Assembly (NCBI RefSeq): GCF_006345805.1
Contig: NW_021826859.1
Span: 1-11,817 of the forward strand
Origin: Octopus sinensis
Taxonomy: Eukaryota
Reading direction: 5' to 3'
DNA length: 11,817 nucleotides
The translations under genes and the position numbers were made by a program. Below the pieces are notes generated by a model. That model was not told the origin of the DNA, made no database searches, and saw only the letters and a list, made by a program, of their open reading frames with translations. Each line of letters begins with the position of its first letter. The first letter of the stretch is position 1. Positions 8,031-11,817 of this stretch are shown here, piece after piece.

Positions 8031-8293
8031 TTTTGTTACATTGTGGTTGTTTCCGTTGTGCAACTATTACCTTGCTTGTATTGCGTTGCGGCGACGCTAT
8101 TACAGTTGCTGTTTATACTGTTGCAGTATTGATATTGCTGCTGTTATTCTGGGATCCCTGTTAATGTATTTTTGTTACCGTTTTTATTGTGGTTTGTTTC
8201 CGTTGTGCAACTGTTACCTTGCTTGTATGGAGCTGCAGTGACGCTGTTTCTGTTGTCTATACTATTGCAGTATTATTATTGTTATGTTATTGC
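8031..8293 (+). repeat. Diverged ~139-bp tandem duplication (8031-~8150 / 8170-~8293)
   Basis: Both copies contain ttgtgg(t)ttgtttccgttgtgcaact(a/g)ttaccttgcttgtat...gacgct...tatact(g/a)ttgcagtatt. Confidence 0.85.
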
Positions 8294-8336
8294 TTTAGAT
8301 ATATTATTATTGTTGTCACGTTATCATTCCTTTAAA

Positions 8337-8922
8337 GGCGGCGAGCTGGCAGAAACGTTAGCACACCGGGTGAAATGCTTAGCGGTATTTCGTCTGCCGT
8401 TACATTCTGAGTTCAAATTCCGCCGAGGTCGACTTTGCCTTTCATCCTTTCGTGGTCGATAAATTAAGTGCCAGTTACGCACTGTGGTCGATGTAATCGA
8501 TTTAATCCGTTCGTCTGACCTTGTTTGTCCATTCTGTGTTTAGCCCCTTGTGGGCAGTAAAGAAAGAGGTATTTCGTTTGCCGTTACATTCTGAGTTCAA
8601 ATTCCGCCGAGGTCGACTTTGCCTTTCATCCTTTTCCTTTCGATCGATAATTTAAATAAGTGCCAGTTACGCACTGGGGTCGATGTAATCGACTTAATAA
8701 TCCGTTTGTCTGTCCTTGTTTGTCCCCTCTGTATGTAGCCCCTTGTGGGCAGTAAAGAAAAAGGTATTTCGACTGCCGTTACATTCTGAGTTCAAATTCC
8801 GCCGAGGTCGACTTTGCCTTTCATCCTTTCGTGGTCGATAAATTAAGTGCCAGTTACGCACTGGGGTCGATGTAATCGATTTAATCCGTTTGTCTGTCTT
8901 TGTTTGTCCTCTCTGTGTTTAG
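8337..8922 (+). mobile_element. SINE family A, trimeric form, 3' end lost by fusion to a family B head
   Basis: Head at 8337; units start at 8384, 8568 and 8763 (periods 184, 195). The third spacer breaks off at ctctgtgtttag. Confidence 0.92.
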
Positions 8923-9027
8923 GTGTTTTCGCTCAATAAACACACACAATGCCCGGTTTGGGAATCGAAACCGCGATCCTCCGACCGCGAGTCCACTGCC
9001 CTAACCATTGGGCCATTGCGCCTCCAC
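8918..9027 (-). mobile_element. tRNA-derived SINE head (family B), second copy
   Basis: Aligns to 1058-1167; minus-strand A box TGGCCCAATGG and B box GGTTTCGATTCCC. Confidence 0.88.
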
Positions 9028-9542
9028 TGTTGTTGCTGTTACTGCCATTGCTGCTGCATCTCTCATTGTTTTTGTTACTACTGTTAGTCTTACATCTGCT
9101 GCTGATGCAGTTACTGTTGCTGTTGTTGTTGCTGCTGACGTTTCTGTTGCTGCTGCTGACTTGCTGCTGCAGTCGTCATTGTTCTTATTATTGTTGCTGT
9201 TATCATAACAATTATTATTATTATTGTCGTTGTGTTAAGTTCGATAACAATCAAAGAGAAGCAAGATTTCAACCATTGATAGATCCATTTATCAGCAGTT
9301 AGTCACGTGTCAATAATCCAAACTAATACAACACTACAACACTTAAAGCTGTTCACCTTGTTGTTATCGTTGTTGTTGTTGTCGTTATTGATGTTGTTGT
9401 TGTCGTCGTCCTTGTGGCTATTGTTCTTCTTGTTGTTATTTCGTTATCTTTGCATCAGCTGTTTAATGTTGTTCGGCGATGTATTTGCAGTACATCGTCC
9501 TCTTGTTACTACTGTCTGTTACTATTCTTTAGTTTGAGGCTA

Positions 9543-9585
<43 letters not shown>

Positions 9586-9650
9586 CATTATTATTATTAT
9601 TATTATTATTGTTATTGTTGTTGTAGCTGTTGTTTTCGTTATTATTATTA
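9028..9650. repeat. Low-complexity GTT/GCT/ATT trinucleotide tracts with short unique islands
   Basis: Directly visible; pure (ATT)n at ~9545-9610. Confidence 0.9.
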
Positions 9651-9654
9651 TCCT

Positions 9655-9917
9655 CACCATCATCTTCCATCTCTTCATTACTTCTTCTCCCCGACCTTCC
9701 CTCCTCATTCACCTTCCCTCCTCCTCCTCCTCCTCCTCCTCCTCTGCCTCTTCCTCCTCCTCCTCTGCCTCTTCCTCCTCCTCCGCCTCTTCCTCCACTT
9801 CCTCCGCCTCCTCTTCCTCTTCACCTTCCTCCTCCTCCTCCTCCTTCTCCACTTCCTCCTCCTCTTTCTCCCTTTTTCTTCTCTTCCTTCTCTTCCCCCT
9901 TCTCCCCCTTCTCCCCA
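9655..9917. repeat. Polypyrimidine (CCT/CTT) tract
   Basis: ~260 bp almost purine-free on the + strand. Confidence 0.95.

Positions 9918-9964
<47 letters not shown>
9918..9964. repeat. (TAC)n microsatellite
   Basis: Directly visible. Confidence 0.97.
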
Positions 9965-9965
<1 letters not shown>

Positions 9966-10560
9966 ATTTACATCCAGTCTTAGTGATAGTCTATTGTGGC
10001 TGTTACTATCATCGTCGTCATTGTCAGTTTTGCTTTTTGTTGTTTACAATTATTACTATTATGTTGTTGTTACTATTATTGTTGTTGTTGTTGTTGTTGT
10101 TGCTATTATTAGTAATATTAGTAGTAGCGTTATTGTTTTGGTATTTCTAGTGTTATTGTAGGGTTATTAGTATCACCATCGTTGTTTTTGTTGCAGGTGT
10201 CTTTATTATCTTTGCATTACTTGTTAACAATGTTTTGCATTCATGATGTGTGATATCGATCGTGAGGTAGTGCATGAGTTTTTCCAGAGTTAGCTGGAGC
10301 TAGAAGAGGACGCAGTTTCGATACTTGAGATGGGACCACATTGACCCTATTTATCTCCTATCGTTAAGTCTCTGCTTAAAACCTGCCAAAATATTCTTGA
10401 AATAGGCGCGGGTGTGGCTGTGTGGTTAAGAAGCTCGCTACGAAGCCACGTGCTTTTGGGTTTAGTCTCACTGTGTGGTATCTTGAGAAAGTGTCTATAC
10501 CATAGCCATAAGCCTACAAATGCCTTATGAGTACATTTGACAGAAAGAAACCGTAGTATA

Positions 10561-10602
10561 TGTTTGTCCTCTCTGTGTTTAGGTGTTTTCGCTCAATAAA
10601 CA
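10561..10602 (+). repeat. Exact 42-bp copy of 8901-8942 (family A/family B junction)
   Basis: tgtttgtcctctctgtgtttaggtgttttcgctcaataaaca is identical at both positions; the flanking bases differ. Confidence 0.97.
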
Positions 10603-10629
10603 TTGGTAGCATATATATATATATATGTA

Positions 10630-10830
10630 TAGATAATGTGTCAATAACCAGTTAGAGGAGAAGCCGTGTTGGGAATCAGAGATAGAGGCTGTGTTTTGGA
10701 GGTGGAGCATCATACTTTTCTTAAGGATGGTTTCGAACATCTTGCTGATTATTGATGTAAGGGAAACCGGTCGGTAGTTAAGCGGGTCTTCGCGGCTCCC
10801 TTTCTTGAAAATTGGGCAGATTATCGCTGT
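10630..10830 (-). pseudogene. Fragment of LINE reverse transcriptase N-terminal region (CR1/L2/Jockey-type)
   Basis: TAIICPIFKKGSREDPLNYRPVSLTSIISKMFETIL...ISDSQHGF contains the PIFKKG, NYRPISLTS and QHGF motifs of APE-type LINE RTs; bounded by TA-type microsatellite on both sides. Confidence 0.92.
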
Positions 10831-11154
10831 TATATGTATGTATATATGTACGTGTGTGTGTATATGTTTGTGTGTCTGTGTTTGTCCCACCAACATCGCT
10901 TGACAACCGATGCTGGTGTGTTTACGTTCCCATAACTAAGCGGTTCGGCAAAAGAGACCGATAGAATAAGTACTAGGCTTACAAAGAATAAGTCCTGGGG
11001 TCGATTTGCTCGACCAACAGCGGTGCTCCAGCATGGCCACAGTCAAATGACTGAAACAATTAAAATTGTAAATGTAACTAAGATTTTAGAACATCTACAT
11101 TGCTTGAAATAAGAGCTAAAAAGCTCCAGTGTTGTAGTTAAAGCACATAACTGT

Positions 11155-11205
11155 ATACATATGTACTCACACACACACACATACACACATACATACACAC
11201 ACACA
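11155..11205. repeat. (CA)n/(CATA)n microsatellite
   Basis: Directly visible. Confidence 0.93.
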
Positions 11206-11488
11206 TTATCTTGGTAACAACCTCCTAACGTGCATTTCAAAGCTCCTATACGATTATCGGCTATCATATGCCATCACGCAGCAGGATTACTTCTTTTACT
11301 GGATACACATGTGAAAATCCATTCGTGTATGCAGAATTCATATAAAGATTTACGAAACAAGAAGGAATGAACAGGCTTTAATCACAAATCACAACAACTG
11401 TTTCTGTGCATTGGTAACAGCTGTTAGCTGTTGAGTTTTCTACACATAATGTTATATAACTGTTAGATATATATATATATATAATATA

Positions 11489-11817
11489 CTTCTCTATTCT
11501 AGGTACAAGGCCCGAATTTTTTGGTACTTAATTTATCGACCCCGAAAGGATAAAAAGCAAAGTCGACCTCGGCGGAATTTTAACTCAGAATGTAAAGAGA
11601 CGAAATACCTATTTCTTTACTACCCACAAGGGGATAAACTCAGAGAGGACAAACAAGTACAGACAAACGGATTAAACGATTACATCGACCCCAGTGCGTA
11701 ACTGGTACTTATTTAATCGACCCCGAAAGGATGAAAGGCAAAGTCGATCTCGGCGGAATTTGAACTCAGAACGTAACGGCTTACGAAATACGGCTACGCA
11801 TTTCGCCCGGCGTACTA
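11489..11817 (-). mobile_element. SINE family A, dimeric form, head cut by the window edge
   Basis: Reverse complement of the unit; cgaaatac at 11601 and 11784 (period 183); tail complement tctattctaggtacaagg at ~11493-11510. Confidence 0.92.

Larger units (their letters stand above)
10405..11065 (+). mobile_element. tRNA-derived SINE family C with internal TA/TG microsatellite carrying nested inserts
   Basis: Head ggcgcgggtgTGGCTGTGTGGttaag (A box) with degenerate B box gggtttagtctc; body to ~10560. 3' half 10875-11065 (gtttgtcccaccaacatcgcttgacaaccg...ctggggtcgatttgctcgac...ggtgctccagcatggccacag...ctgaaacaa). Joining the two halves as one family rests partly on recall of the octopus consensus. 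Confidence 0.75.

Noticed and set aside
8949-9983. Poly-Leu, poly-Pro and poly-Glu ORFs resembling membrane or formin-like proteins
   Set aside because: Translations of GTT/ATT/CCT repeats; the 8949 ORF starts inside a SINE.

Overview
Eukaryotic, AT-rich, repeat-saturated DNA with no intact protein-coding gene. The SINE and Helitron families and the microsatellite density match what I recall from coleoid cephalopod (Octopus) genomes; that assignment is recall and inference, not a search result. Nearly all ORFs in the supplied track are microsatellite artefacts. Supported mobile elements: (i) a decayed Penelope-like element (GIY-YIG endonuclease remnant plus 3' terminal region) at ~1617-2527, and a related terminal fragment at 67-255 on the minus strand; both carry hammerhead-core-like boxes in permuted order (GAAA before CUGANGA); (ii) three tRNA-derived SINE families, one present as head + ~184-bp tandem units with locus-specific homogenisation; (iii) a 378-bp non-autonomous Helitron; (iv) a 5'-truncated R4/Dong-clade retrotransposon (CCHC + restriction-like endonuclease) with a (TAA)n tail; (v) a CR1/L2/Jockey-type RT fragment nested in a SINE. 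Other structure: a 128-bp near-perfect inverted duplication, an exact 42-bp copy of a SINE-SINE junction 1660 bp downstream, and weak candidate micro-exons of a host gene on the + strand.
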